From Octopus sinensis (taxonomy: Eukaryota): a stretch of DNA of 64,000 bases. The DNA lies in the NCBI RefSeq assembly GCF_006345805.1, contig NC_042997.1:111786001-111850000 (forward strand), read 5' to 3'. The number at the start of each line of letters is the position of its first letter. Position 1 is the stretch's first letter. Position numbers and translations under genes: made by a program. Shown piece by piece: positions 51,262 to 62,466 of the stretch. Below the pieces are notes generated by a model, which was given only the letters and a program-made list of their open reading frames with translations, did no database searches and was not told where the DNA came from.

Positions 51262-52022
51262 GGAAGCAAACTTCTTACCGCACAGCTACTCCTGTGGCAA
51301 TTAATAATTGGAATGTGGAGGTGCAATGGCCCAGTGGTTAGGGCAGCGGACTCACGGTCGTAGGATCGCAGTTCCGATTCCGAAACCGGGTATTGTGAGT
51401 GTTTATTGAACGAAAACATCTAAAGCTCCACGAGGCTCCAGCAGGATGTGGTGGTGAACCCTGCTGTACTCTTTCGCCACAACTTTGCCTCACTTTTTCT
51501 TCTTGTTTCTGTTGTACCTGTATTTCAAAGGGGCCAGTCTTGTCACACTCTTTGTCACGCTGAATCTCCCCGAGAACTACGTTAAAGGGTATACGTGTCT
51601 GTGAAATGCTCGGCCACTTGCACATTAATAAATGAGCTGCGACGTCACTGGTGCCAAGCTGTATCGGCCTTTGCCTTTCTCTTAGATAACATCGGTAGCG
51701 TGGAGAGGGGAGGCTGGTATGCATGGGCGACTTCTGGTCTTCCATAAACAACCTTGCCCAGACTTGTACCTCGGAGGGTAACTTTCTAGGTGCAATCTCA
51801 TGGTTATTCATGACCGAAAGGGGTTACAACACAACAATAATTGGAATAAGTGCAGAATCAAAACGACGAAGCAGACCTGGAGTGGAGAGAGTATGTCATG
51901 GATGAGGCGACGAAAAGGCTTCAACAAACCCAGCTGATTGATTGATTAGCCGAACGATTAATGAAATAATCGATTAGTTAACTGGCTAAGAATTTAACCG
52001 ATTGACTATTAAAAATAAAGAA

Positions 52023-52125
52023 GTGTTGCTTCGGCAACACATATGCTAAAACTGAACGGTACGGAGGAGATTAGCATGGTCCCTGCGCAAGGATGACACG
52101 CAAAATCGTGAAGCGTTCCATATAT
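52023..52125 (+). pseudogene. RNU6: U6 snRNA retrocopy/pseudogene
   Basis: Full-length U6 similarity: 5' hairpin GTGTTGCTTCGGCAACAC and ATTAGCATGG..CTGCGCAAGGATGACACGCAAAATCGTGAAGCGTTCC. ACAGAGA box is mutated to ACGGAGG; no T-run terminator. Confidence 0.9.
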
Positions 52126-52304
52126 AAGAAAAGACGCAGGCGTGGCTGTGCGGTAAGAAACTTGCTCCCCAACGACATGATTCCGGGTTCAGTCCCACTA
52201 CATGGCACCTTAGGCAATCATCTACTATAACAGCTACTGATTAACAAAGCTTTGTGAGTGGATTTGGTAGATGGAAACTGGAAGAGGTCCGTCGTGTGTA
52301 TATA

Positions 52305-52805
52305 TCTCTATTTATAAAACTGAAATGCGAAAAGTTTGTTTGTTTGTCTGGTTTTTGGCATTAGAACGGGTTAAAGGCTACTAGATCCCGTCGGATTGAC
52401 TCCAAAATTTACAGGGACATGTAAAATGAGGTGAGGATGAGAGTGGGCTAGGTTAGAAATCCCCATCTTAAAAGGTGTCGTTGCTAGGGCCAAAAACTCA
52501 CTTTGACAAGTCTACTCTCATCCTTTAATGTATCTGTCTTCCTCCGTCACTCACTCTCTTTCCTCCCTTCCCATCACTTTCTATATATAACGTTGTTTAA
52601 CAGCGTCTAACTCCCCTTCACTTTCTCTTTATAACGTCGTCAAAGAGCGTTCTGTATCTCCCCCTCCTCCCCGCCTTCGACAGCGCTTTCACACACTCTC
52701 TCTCTCTCTACGTCTGTCTGCATTCATAAACAGAATTATCATCGCCACCACAACGAAACAATCATGAGAACAAATATTATGAATCAGATATTTATTGGGT
52801 TAATT

Positions 52806-52853
<48 letters not shown>

Positions 52854-54087
52854 CTATATATAAATATGTATATCAAACTTTTCAATACTTTTTGATAGTT
52901 ATATATATTTTTAAAAAAATTATAAATATAAATTAATAATTTTCATTTTAAATTTAAATAATTTAGATTTTTTAATTTTATATTTTATATATTTTGTATA
53001 TTATATTTTTATTTTTATGTTTTCGTTTATGTTTTTCACTGTTTGATTTGCCTAATAGTGGTTTTATCTCTAATTTAATTTATTTGTATACATTTGTATA
53101 TATAATGCGTACACACACACACACACATAATGCTTGCCATGGTGAGTCTACTGTCGTGAGAAAGGATCACTTCAAAGCTTGGTGTTTACGAATTTTCTGA
53201 CACATCAAGTTCAAATTTTTACGCCAACCGTTAAACTGCCACTATGTTACTATCCGTCGTTAAGAAATGCCAGCCATGGTGACTCTACTATCCTCAGATT
53301 CTATCCTTTCAAACTTTGGTTTTCAATATTTTTTATTTTATTCAGCTCGCAAGTTCGTCTGTTCCTTTTAAATGTTATTGTTTAAACTGCCACTATGTTA
53401 CTATCCGTCGTTAAGAAATGCCAGCCATGGTGACTCTACTATCCTCAGATTCTATCCTTTCAAACTTTGGTTTTCAATATTTTTTATTTTATTCAGCTCG
53501 CAAGTTCGTCTGTTCCTTTTAAATGTTATCGTTTTGCTTTCTGCCTTGAAGCAGACCTTTCCGTTGTCACTGCCTGATATTTATGATTGATCTTTCAAAC
53601 TACTTTCTTTCTCAACCCACTCAAGATCTTTTGTTGTTTATAAATGGGAGAGAGATAGATAGAGAAAGATAGAGAGTAAGAGAAAGCGAGAGAGAGTCCG
53701 AGAGAAAGGAAGAGTAAGAGAGTGGGAAAGGGAGAGAGAAAGGAGAGAGAAACAAAGAGGGAGAATCATCATCATCATCATCATCGTTTAACGTCCATTT
53801 TCCGTGCTAGCACGGATTGGACGGTTTGACCGGGGTCTGGGAAGTCAGGAGGCTGCACCAGGCTCCAGCCTGATCTGGCAGTGTTTCTACAGCTGGATGC
53901 CCTTCCTAACGCCAACCACTCCGTGATTGTAGTGGGTGCTTTTTTCGTGCCACCGGCACAGGTGCCATGGGGGGAGGGGCACTGGCAGCGGCCACGTTCG
54001 GATGGTGCTTTTTACGTGCCGAAAGGATGCAACAGAAAATAACAACCACACTCTTACCCGCGCGTAGAGCGGGTCACCTTAAGCTAG
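52305..54087 (+). mobile_element. Probable non-autonomous Helitron with nested or captured repeats
   Basis: A|TCTCTATTTATAAAACTG 5' end; 3' hairpin cccgcgcgtagagcggg plus CTAG|T at 54057-54087. Pairing of the two ends is inferred. Confidence 0.55.
53231..53529 (+). repeat. 151-bp tandem duplication
   Basis: Two essentially identical units with period 151. Confidence 0.9.
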
Positions 54088-54275
54088 TATATATATATAT
54101 AAATTGAGATAGGGGTTGTGAGTGCAACCCACCATGGGATAACATATATCCAATATACGTTTTGTTCTTTACATGTTTGACCTTGATGTGCATATATAGT
54201 TGGTTAATAAATTATGTGAATGGGTATTATCTGGTAGTTGATTATTGATTAAGGTGTATTTCTCCATTTTCTTAT

Positions 54276-54319
<44 letters not shown>

Positions 54320-54416
54320 ACGGGAAAGTTTACGAAAATAAACAAAAGACGAAGGCAAGTGGAGTACAAACAAACAAATGTATTAGTATAGCACTCAGGA
54401 ATAGAAATAGAAAAAG

Positions 54417-54454
54417 TCTTTTACGTTTCGAGCCTACGCTCTTCGACAGAAAGA
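54417..54454 (-). ncRNA. Minimal hammerhead-like motif with variant core (CUGUCGA)
   Basis: TCTTT-CTGTCGA-A-GAGC-GTAG-GCTC-GAAA-CG-TA-AAAGA; related copies at 3661-3698 (-) and 26141-26178 (+). Confidence 0.45.
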
Positions 54455-54526
54455 TACACAGAAAAAAACAAGGAGAGAAACAAGGAGAGAAAAAAATGCG
54501 TGTAGGAGCTAACGATCTATCATGGC

Positions 54527-54562
<36 letters not shown>

Positions 54563-54682
54563 TTTGCAATTAAGGACAACTACTTAATAAGGAAAACTTA
54601 ACAAGAAATTGTCAGGTAGATAGCGTAAAAACCTCATAAGAGAAAAAAATTCGAAAATAATTATTTCTTATTGAACATATTA

Positions 54683-55088
54683 ATTTATATATAGAGGGCA
54701 TAATTATACATACATGCCAGGAGGCATTATATATACCTGCCAAACGCTAAGAGGACAATCAGTCATTTCTACCAAAAATATTACTAATCCCACCGAATGC
54801 AATTTTTCAAAGTAAGACATTTAAAAATATATAGGCCTGTATCACAGTGATTTCATACTTACGTAATCATCAGCAGGCCTGAATGTATTATAATACATTC
54901 AGGCCTGCTGATGATTACGTAAGTATGAAATCACTGTGATACAGGCCTATATATTTTTAAATGTCTTACTTTGAAAAATTGCATTCGGTGGGATTAGTAA
55001 TATTTTTGGTAGAAATGACTGATTGTCCCTCTTAGCGTTTGGCAGGTATATATAATGCCTCCTGGCATGTATGTATAATTATGCCCTC

Positions 55089-55099
<11 letters not shown>
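54683..55099. repeat. 417-bp spacer-less palindrome
   Basis: Centre at 54890/54891; ~208-bp arms identical apart from one 1-bp indel. Confidence 0.95.
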
Positions 55100-55139
<40 letters not shown>

Positions 55140-55261
55140 TTAATAAGGGTGAGAGAATTAGATACTAATTTAATAGTATATCTATTCAACACCAAGTGGC
55201 CTAGTGCTCCGAGAAACCTGGATTATTATAATATTTTATAATATATTATAATATTTTTACA

Positions 55262-55504
55262 AAATAAATATAAGAGAGTGGTCACTATATGGCTCACTCT
55301 AGCACCAGTTAATCCAAAAGGTTTCAACCACAGATTATTTTGGGACAATTGTCCCAAAATAATCTGTATTTTTGTTATTTTTTATTTGCCCTGTCCGTGT
55401 GAGCTAACAATCGTACTGACTTTCATGGGAAACATGTATTTTTGTGGTTGAAACCTTTTGGATTAACTGGTGCTAGAGTGAGCCATATAGTGACCACTCT
55501 CTTA

Positions 55505-55513
<9 letters not shown>
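55262..55513. repeat. Nested inverted repeat (71-bp arms plus internal 38-bp perfect palindrome)
   Basis: Arms 55262-55332 and 55443-55513; palindrome at 55330-55367. Confidence 0.92.
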
Positions 55514-55543
<30 letters not shown>

Positions 55544-56060
55544 GAATAGAAAAAATGGGACAAGAACGCAAAACATTCAGACAGTCGAAAGACACCTGTT
55601 GTTATGTCCTGTTATTTGCATCTGTATATCATTTATCCGTTTTTTCCGCCCTTGTTATTGTATACATTCACTGCTTTCTTCCAAGGAATCTATTGCTCTT
55701 AGCTTAGTTTTTCCTTGGGGATGGCCAGATTGGAGCAATCTCGAGTATAAGCAGCAGAAGTTGCAAAGATAATCTGGAACTCGACTGAGGAAAGAAAACT
55801 TCGAGTGACCCGTCCGTGTTTTTTCTTGTCCCTCTTTTGTATCATCTGTTAGGATGTTTTGCGTTCTTGTCTAAATTTTTGCATTCCTTTTTATATACAT
55901 ATGGCTGTGTACGTACACCTTGGTCTCATATATAAATACATATACACATACATACATACATACATACATACATGCATACATACATACATACATACATACA
56001 TACACACACACATACATATATACATACATGCATGCATACATACATACATACATATGTATA

Positions 56061-56167
<107 letters not shown>

Positions 56168-56265
56168 ATCCAAACATGAAAACACAAAGAGAAAACACAG
56201 CAACGCGAGGACGTGGAACAAGTATAGTGTTATTGGACGCTCAGGAAAGGAAAGAAAGTAGGAGG

Positions 56266-56300
56266 ATTTAACGTTTCGAGCGGAGCTCTTCGTCAGAAAC
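56266..56300 (-). ncRNA. Minimal type I hammerhead ribozyme motif (canonical core)
   Basis: GTTT-CTGACGA-A-GAGC-TCC-GCTC-GAAA-CG-TT-AAAT in a Penelope-type repeat next to (TA)n. Confidence 0.6.
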
Positions 56301-56482
56301 ATAGGAAAAGGAAAGATCCAAGGAAGGGAAGACGGAGGGGAAAAAACCGCCAACGACACTCACGCGGTCACATATTGAATGACCGGAAGGGAATGGGTGA
56401 AGAAAAAGTTCTTTCAAAGACAGTAGAGTGCAAGAGAAGGAGGTATGTGTGTGTGTATGTGTGGGTATATGCGTGCGCGCAG

Positions 56483-56520
<38 letters not shown>

Positions 56521-57851
56521 CTGTTGCTGTTTATCTATGTGTGTGGTTGGGCTTAGTATCGTTTAAGGTCAAAGGAAGAATTTATATTAGGAGTGGCTAC
56601 TGTTGTGTGTCTACCTACACATGTGCGTAGGAGAATGGTCAGTGGAAGGTACTGGTAGTTTACAGTGTGTGTGCGTGTATGTATATGTAGTGTGTGTATG
56701 TTTTGTTTGCAGTGTGTGTGTGTATGTATGTGTGTGTTCGTGTGTGTATGTGTGTGTGAGGAGTAACTGTACTTTACTTTGTGTATGTGTGCGTGTGTGC
56801 TTGTATGTGCGTATGTGTGTATACATGTATGTATAATTGTGTGCGTGTATGTATGAGTGTGTGCTGTGTGTGTATGGGAGGTGCGTGTGTATGTATGTTC
56901 GTGTAGTTGTGTGTGCGTGTATGTGTGCGTGTGTATGTGTGTGCGTGTGTATGTGTGTGCGTGTGTATGTGTGTGCGTGTGTGCGTATGTGGGTGTATAT
57001 ACGTGTATCCGTGGGGTTGTGAGTGCTATGTGTGTGCATTCGTGTGCGTGTGTGCGTGCGTATGTGTGCGTGTGTCTGTGTCTATATGTGTATGCGTATG
57101 TGTATGTGTGTGTACGTGTATGCATATATTATGTGTGTAAGTGGCTGTGTGGTAAGAAGCTTGCTTCCCAAACACATGGTTCCGGGTTCAGTCCCACTGC
57201 GTGGCACCTTGGGTAAGTGTCTTGTACTATTACCTCGGGCCGACCAGAGCCTTGTCAGTGGATTTAATAGACGGAAACAAAAAGAAACCCATCATATATA
57301 TATATCTATATGTATATGTATGCATATATTTGTGCGTATGTGTTCGTTTTCCCCCTCCATCACTTGACAACTGATGTTGGTGTGTTTACGCCCCTGTATC
57401 CTAGCGGTTCGGCTAAAGTGGCTGATAGAATAAGTATTTGGCTTACAAAGAATAAATCCTGGGGGTCTATTTGTTCGACTAAAGACGGTGCTCCTGCATG
57501 GCCTCAGTCATATGACTGATACAAGTGAAATAAATAAAAAGTGTGAAATATAACCAGTGTCTGTATTCATTACTGGCAAAATGACCCTCTCGATATATAA
57601 TAAAATACACAAAATCTATGAGGAAAAAATGTACGCGAGACACCAACACGTTTTGTAGTTGACATATTCATCAGTTCATTTGTTACACCTAAGTCATACG
57701 CCATTTTGTCTGCGCTGAAATGCAAATGGCACAGTCGGCATGGTGGCCGGCAGATAAACCGGGTATACTCCATCGTAGGTCTGACAAAGAGAGACAGCAG
57801 CAGCTGTGGTGGTGGTGTTGCTGGTGGTGGTGGTAGTAGCAGTAGTAGTAA

Positions 57852-57885
<34 letters not shown>

Positions 57886-58046
57886 GGTGGTGGTGATGGT
57901 GAAAGCAACAGCTGGCAAAGCACTGGAACAGGTTGTTGAATACTATGAGACGAACAAAGAGATAACTATGTCGCTGCTGTAAAAATAATAGTCAAAGACT
58001 GTTGCCCTTTTCTGCAACAACAAAAATAACAACAATAGTAATAACA

Positions 58047-58105
<59 letters not shown>

Positions 58106-58184
58106 GATGATGATGATGATGAGGAGGAGGAGGAGGAGGAGGAGGACGATGACGACGAGAATGATTTCTTGTATTGGCCACAAG

Positions 58185-58347
58185 CAGGGGGTGGACTGGG
58201 AGTATTAAGGGCCCTCGGGCATAGTTGTTTACTGGGCCCCTTTGAATGTGTGTTTTAGTAGAGTTAACATGTAGAGTGGGGGGGGGTATCTCTGAGCTCG
58301 GGGCCCTCGGGCAGTGTCCGATTGACCAACGGCTTAGTCCGCTCCTG
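58185..58347. mobile_element. hAT-type MITE (CAGGGGCGGACTG family), copy 2, opposite orientation to 20091-20248
   Basis: Perfect 8-bp TSD GCCACAAG at 58177-58184 and 58348-58355. Confidence 0.9.
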
Positions 58348-58630
58348 GCCACAAGGGTTCAGGACATTGAGAACTGCATGAAAGGACGGAATACAACTTC
58401 CAAAAGGGTGCGGTTTACATCGATCAAAAAAGGGTAGGGACACCACAACAATAAGAATATACCAAAAAGATATAAAAATATAGAATTCAGAAAATAAATA
58501 ACTAAACTGCTTCTGAACCATATGGCTCCGAGTTCAGTCTCACTGCGTGGTACCTTGAGCAAGTGTCTATGGATTAACTATATGGAAACTTAAAGAAGCC
58601 TGTCGAGTATATGTGTGTGTGTATGTTGTA

Positions 58631-58686
<56 letters not shown>

Positions 58687-58939
58687 ACTACCTATTTATA
58701 ATCTGTGTTGGTATGTTTACGTCCCTGTAATTTAGCAGTTCGGCAGAAGTAACCGATAGAATAAGTACCAATCTTAAAAGAAATAAGTACTGGGGTTGAC
58801 TCATTCGACTAAATTTCTTCCAGGTGGTGCCCCAGCATGGCCACGGTCTAATAACAAAAACAAGTAAAAGATCAAAGGTAAAAAAAGATTCCTCAATAGC
58901 AAATCAGTCCGTCTAGGGTAATTCGGGGGGAAACCCCAC

Positions 58940-59880
58940 ACAAAATAATAATAAACAGCAATGGCGGTGTGCGGCCACTGAGTACTGGATATCAGAAGTC
59001 TCAGTTTTAAATAAGACCTCGACACCGCCTAAATGTCTTGCGCTAGATATATGGCCCTTTCAACCTGCGTGCTTGTAACAGTTTCTTACCGCTGGGGTTT
59101 AAGGCTCATACATCTGAAAGTAACGTTTTCCTAGCAGTTCAGTGAGGGTTTCAATTTGGGTGGGGTACAAAGTTATCCCTGGTGTTAAAAAGAACATCTA
59201 ATTTTACATATAAGACGGATCCAGCTATTCGCTGAGTCCATTGCGAAGATCGTCCCGCCGTCTTCCTTTGGCTAGGAAGGACAGGCAGCCATTATCTGTC
59301 TTATGGCCACAGTGAAACAGGATGTGTGGTGGACCAGATTGAAAGGGCTAAAGACGAACACCTTTTTGGCCAAGCCTTCCTGCCCTGCCATCTAGCAAAT
59401 TCGTATACTCAGTTCACGTGCAGAGCGACAAAGCTGCACTCAGCGCAATCATGTAGCAGCCGAGCAGTGCTGACTTGCGGAAAGTATATCGAACGGCCTT
59501 TGACCGAGTCCATCGTGAGCATCGCTGCATCACCCAGTTTTAGCAGGGCAGGGCAGGGCAGGGCAGGCAATGTTTCTGTGTCTAGTGGGTATGACGGAAG
59601 AGGTTGTATGGTGGATGAGGCTGAAAAGATTGAAAATAGACACCCTAGTTTTGTTCTAGTTCTCATCGACTTTTTTAGGAGGGAAGCACGCCAAGACGTG
59701 GGCGATTGCGACAAATATTGTTAAGGTGAATGGTTCTACTCTAAGCATGCGCCTGTCGTTTGGAGAACAACAGGACGATCCTGGATCTATGAGGTTCCTT
59801 GGTTGGCACCAGCTGAAGGTTCTGTATCAGGAAGACAGCACCATTCACGTGTTTAAATACTTTCATCGCATTTCACCTCC
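58940..59880 (-). mobile_element. Strongly decayed non-LTR retrotransposon segment (possibly I-group, post-RT/RNase H region)
   Basis: GC-richer, coding-like sequence with many stops; only weak motif resemblance. Confidence 0.35.
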
Positions 59881-60689
59881 TTTTCCTTTTCTTTCCCACC
59901 ACCTTTTATGGAACACCCAGAACAGATTGTAAACTGTCCTTGAAATATCCCGCCCGTCTATGTCCCTGTTGCAAATAAAAGAAACCACTACCACCACCAC
60001 CACCACCATTATAAACACCGCCATCGCTACCAATGTTTATAACAGAAATAACCACAGCACAAGTTGCACTAAACATCAGTAGCTGCAACAATAGTTGCAG
60101 TATTCATCATCATCCTCCCATCATCCTCCTCCTCTTCCTCCCCTCCTCCTCCCCTCCTCCTCCCCCCATCGTCGTCGTCGTCGTCATCATCATCATCGTT
60201 GTCGTCGTCGTCGTCATCACCGTCGCCCTACTACTACTACTAGCCACCGTTCCACTTCCCTTCATCTTTATAGCCATCGTTACCAACACTCCACACGCAC
60301 ACACGCAAATACACACAGACGCACGCACACATACGCACGCACACATACGCACGCACACATACGCACGCACACATACGCACGCACACATACGCACGCACAC
60401 ATACGCACGCACACATACGCACGCACACGTACGCACACATTATCACACGCACGCACGCGAGCACCCACATTTACCGCACAGCATACAAAACACACACACA
60501 CACACTTAAACACACGCAGTAACCATATCAATACGCTTATATACACACGCGCGCGCGCATAGTAACCACATGAACACCAAGATGGTCGCTCCCGATGCTA
60601 GAAAGAGCAGCCAGATCGCCTGCAGACCACATGCTACTACCTGAAAAAGAAGCACGGTAAATAACCGTAGTCCACTACCACGACCATCA

Positions 60690-61205
60690 TCTCCACCATC
60701 GCCACCACCGCTATCATCCCTCACCCCTCCACCAACACCATCGCCATCATCGCAATCACCACCACCATCACCGCCGCCACCAACATCACCACCACCACCA
60801 CCACCGCTATCATCATAACTACCACCACCATAGTCGTCGCCGCCACCACTACCACCGCCGCCACTGCCGCCGCCACCGTTGGCACCACCGCCGCCGCTGC
60901 CTCTATCACCGCCACCGCCTCCACCACCACCGCCTCCACCACCTCCACCGCCTCCACCACCTAAACCGCCTCCACCACCTCCACCGCCTCCACCACCTCC
61001 ACCGCCTCCACCACCTCCACCGCCTCCACCGCCGCCACCTCCGCGTCTCCGCCACCGCCGACGTCGCCACCTCCACCACCTCAACCACCGCCGCCGCCTC
61101 CGCCTCCGCCACCGCCTCCACCGCCGCCGCCGCCACCAGCACCACAACCTCCACAATCACCACCACCGCCGCCACCAACCACCACCACCACCACCAACAA
61201 CAACT
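60690..61205 (+). repeat. GC-rich (CCA/CCG/CCT)n low-complexity tract with an 18-bp unit (ccaccgcctccaccacct)
   Basis: Degenerate trinucleotide array flanked by similar (cat/cac)n tracts. Confidence 0.85.
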
Positions 61206-61539
61206 GCAACTGATAGTGTAACATCAGCTCCGTATGCAACTGCTAAGAGCACAAGAATTACATCGACTCCGCTGGATCCATCCGTACCATTCCCCCATCA
61301 CTGCAATCAGCACCATAATTCATATTATACTAATGCTGACCTTGTTAAAACACTCATTTAACCATTTAACATCAACAATGCTCATTATTTGTGAGGTATG
61401 GGGTGGGGTGGAGGGTATGGGTGACACAAGGCAGAAATATGTTCGTTGTCTATTTTAGAAATTAAGGAAGAATATTGTGAACTTCGCAGATGTCCAAAGA
61501 AAAGAATAAAAATTAATATTGTGAAATTCTGAGACTTTA

Positions 61540-61802
61540 TATTTCGTTTTTGGATTTGGTTTGCAAGATTCTTTATATGAGTTCGTGTGTTGAAGCATAT
61601 TCTGTTGTGTCTGGGGAGTGTCATTTTATTTTTGTGCCTTATTATGTAACACACTCACCGGTAGAATTTCCACTTTCTTTCTTATTTTTATTTTTATTGT
61701 TCTAAAATTTTAGGACAATAAAAAGAAAAAAAGTGGAAATTTTACCGGTGAATGTGTTACGTAATAAGGCACAAAAAGAAAATGACTCTCTCCAGACACA
61801 AC
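61540..61802. repeat. Second copy of the fold-back repeat family, spacer-less
   Basis: Palindrome 61604-61802 centred on ctaaaa|ttttag (61707/61708). Confidence 0.85.
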
Positions 61803-62170
61803 TGAGACTTTATGTTTATCTCTTATACTTGTTTCAGTCATTTGACCTCGGCCATGCTGGAGCACCGCTTTTGATTTGCAAAAGATTTTAAATGAAATTG
61901 CTGTATATTGCTGTATAGGCGTAGATGTGGCGGTGTAGTAAGAAATTTGCTTTCCAACCACCTGGTTCCGGGAACAGTCCCATTGCATGGCATCTTGAGC
62001 AAGTATCTTCTACTATAGTCACAAGCCAACAAGTGTCTTCTACTATAGTCACAAGCCTTCTGAGTAGATTTGCTAGACGGAAACTGAAAGAAGCTCATCG
62101 TATACACGTATGATGGGCATATAGCGGTACGTAAGCCGACCAGAAATCTCTAGTGAAACTTTTTATTGAT

Positions 62171-62212
62171 GTACCTGAACAGACCCAGTACGGGTCGAAA
62201 CATGTGTTGTAC
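62171..62212 (+). ncRNA. Type I hammerhead-like motif with G8>C core change (probably inactive)
   Basis: GTAC-CTGAACA-GACCC-AGTAC-GGGTC-GAAA-C-ATGT-GT-T-GTAC; all three stems pair. Confidence 0.55.
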
Positions 62213-62466
62213 CCAATAGAGTCTATTACACATTACAACTCCTTTTACCTTAGAAACGCAGAGTAGAGGAAACAGGGACAACTGATGAAGGGGAATATTC
62301 TTTATGTTGTATTCTCGTTTCTCTTTGTTTTTTTTCGTTATTCAAAAAAAGTTCGTTTTCTATGTTTTTGTTTCTCATTGTGTTCAACGTTTTTTTGATA
62401 TATATGTAGGTATGTACATAAATGTATCTATATATGCATATGTTTATATATTATTTGATAGATCGG

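Noticed and set aside
59544-59567. (AGGGC)4 potential G-quadruplex
   Set aside because: A short simple-repeat expansion inside a decayed retroelement, with no sign of function.
60506-61361. Poly-Pro (160 aa, +) and poly-Gly (216 aa, -) ORFs, suggesting a formin/extensin-like gene
   Set aside because: Degenerate (CCA/CCG)n array, open in several frames on both strands, with no flanking domain or convincing splice sites. Similar tracts occur at 21.5, 24.0 and 57.8 kb.
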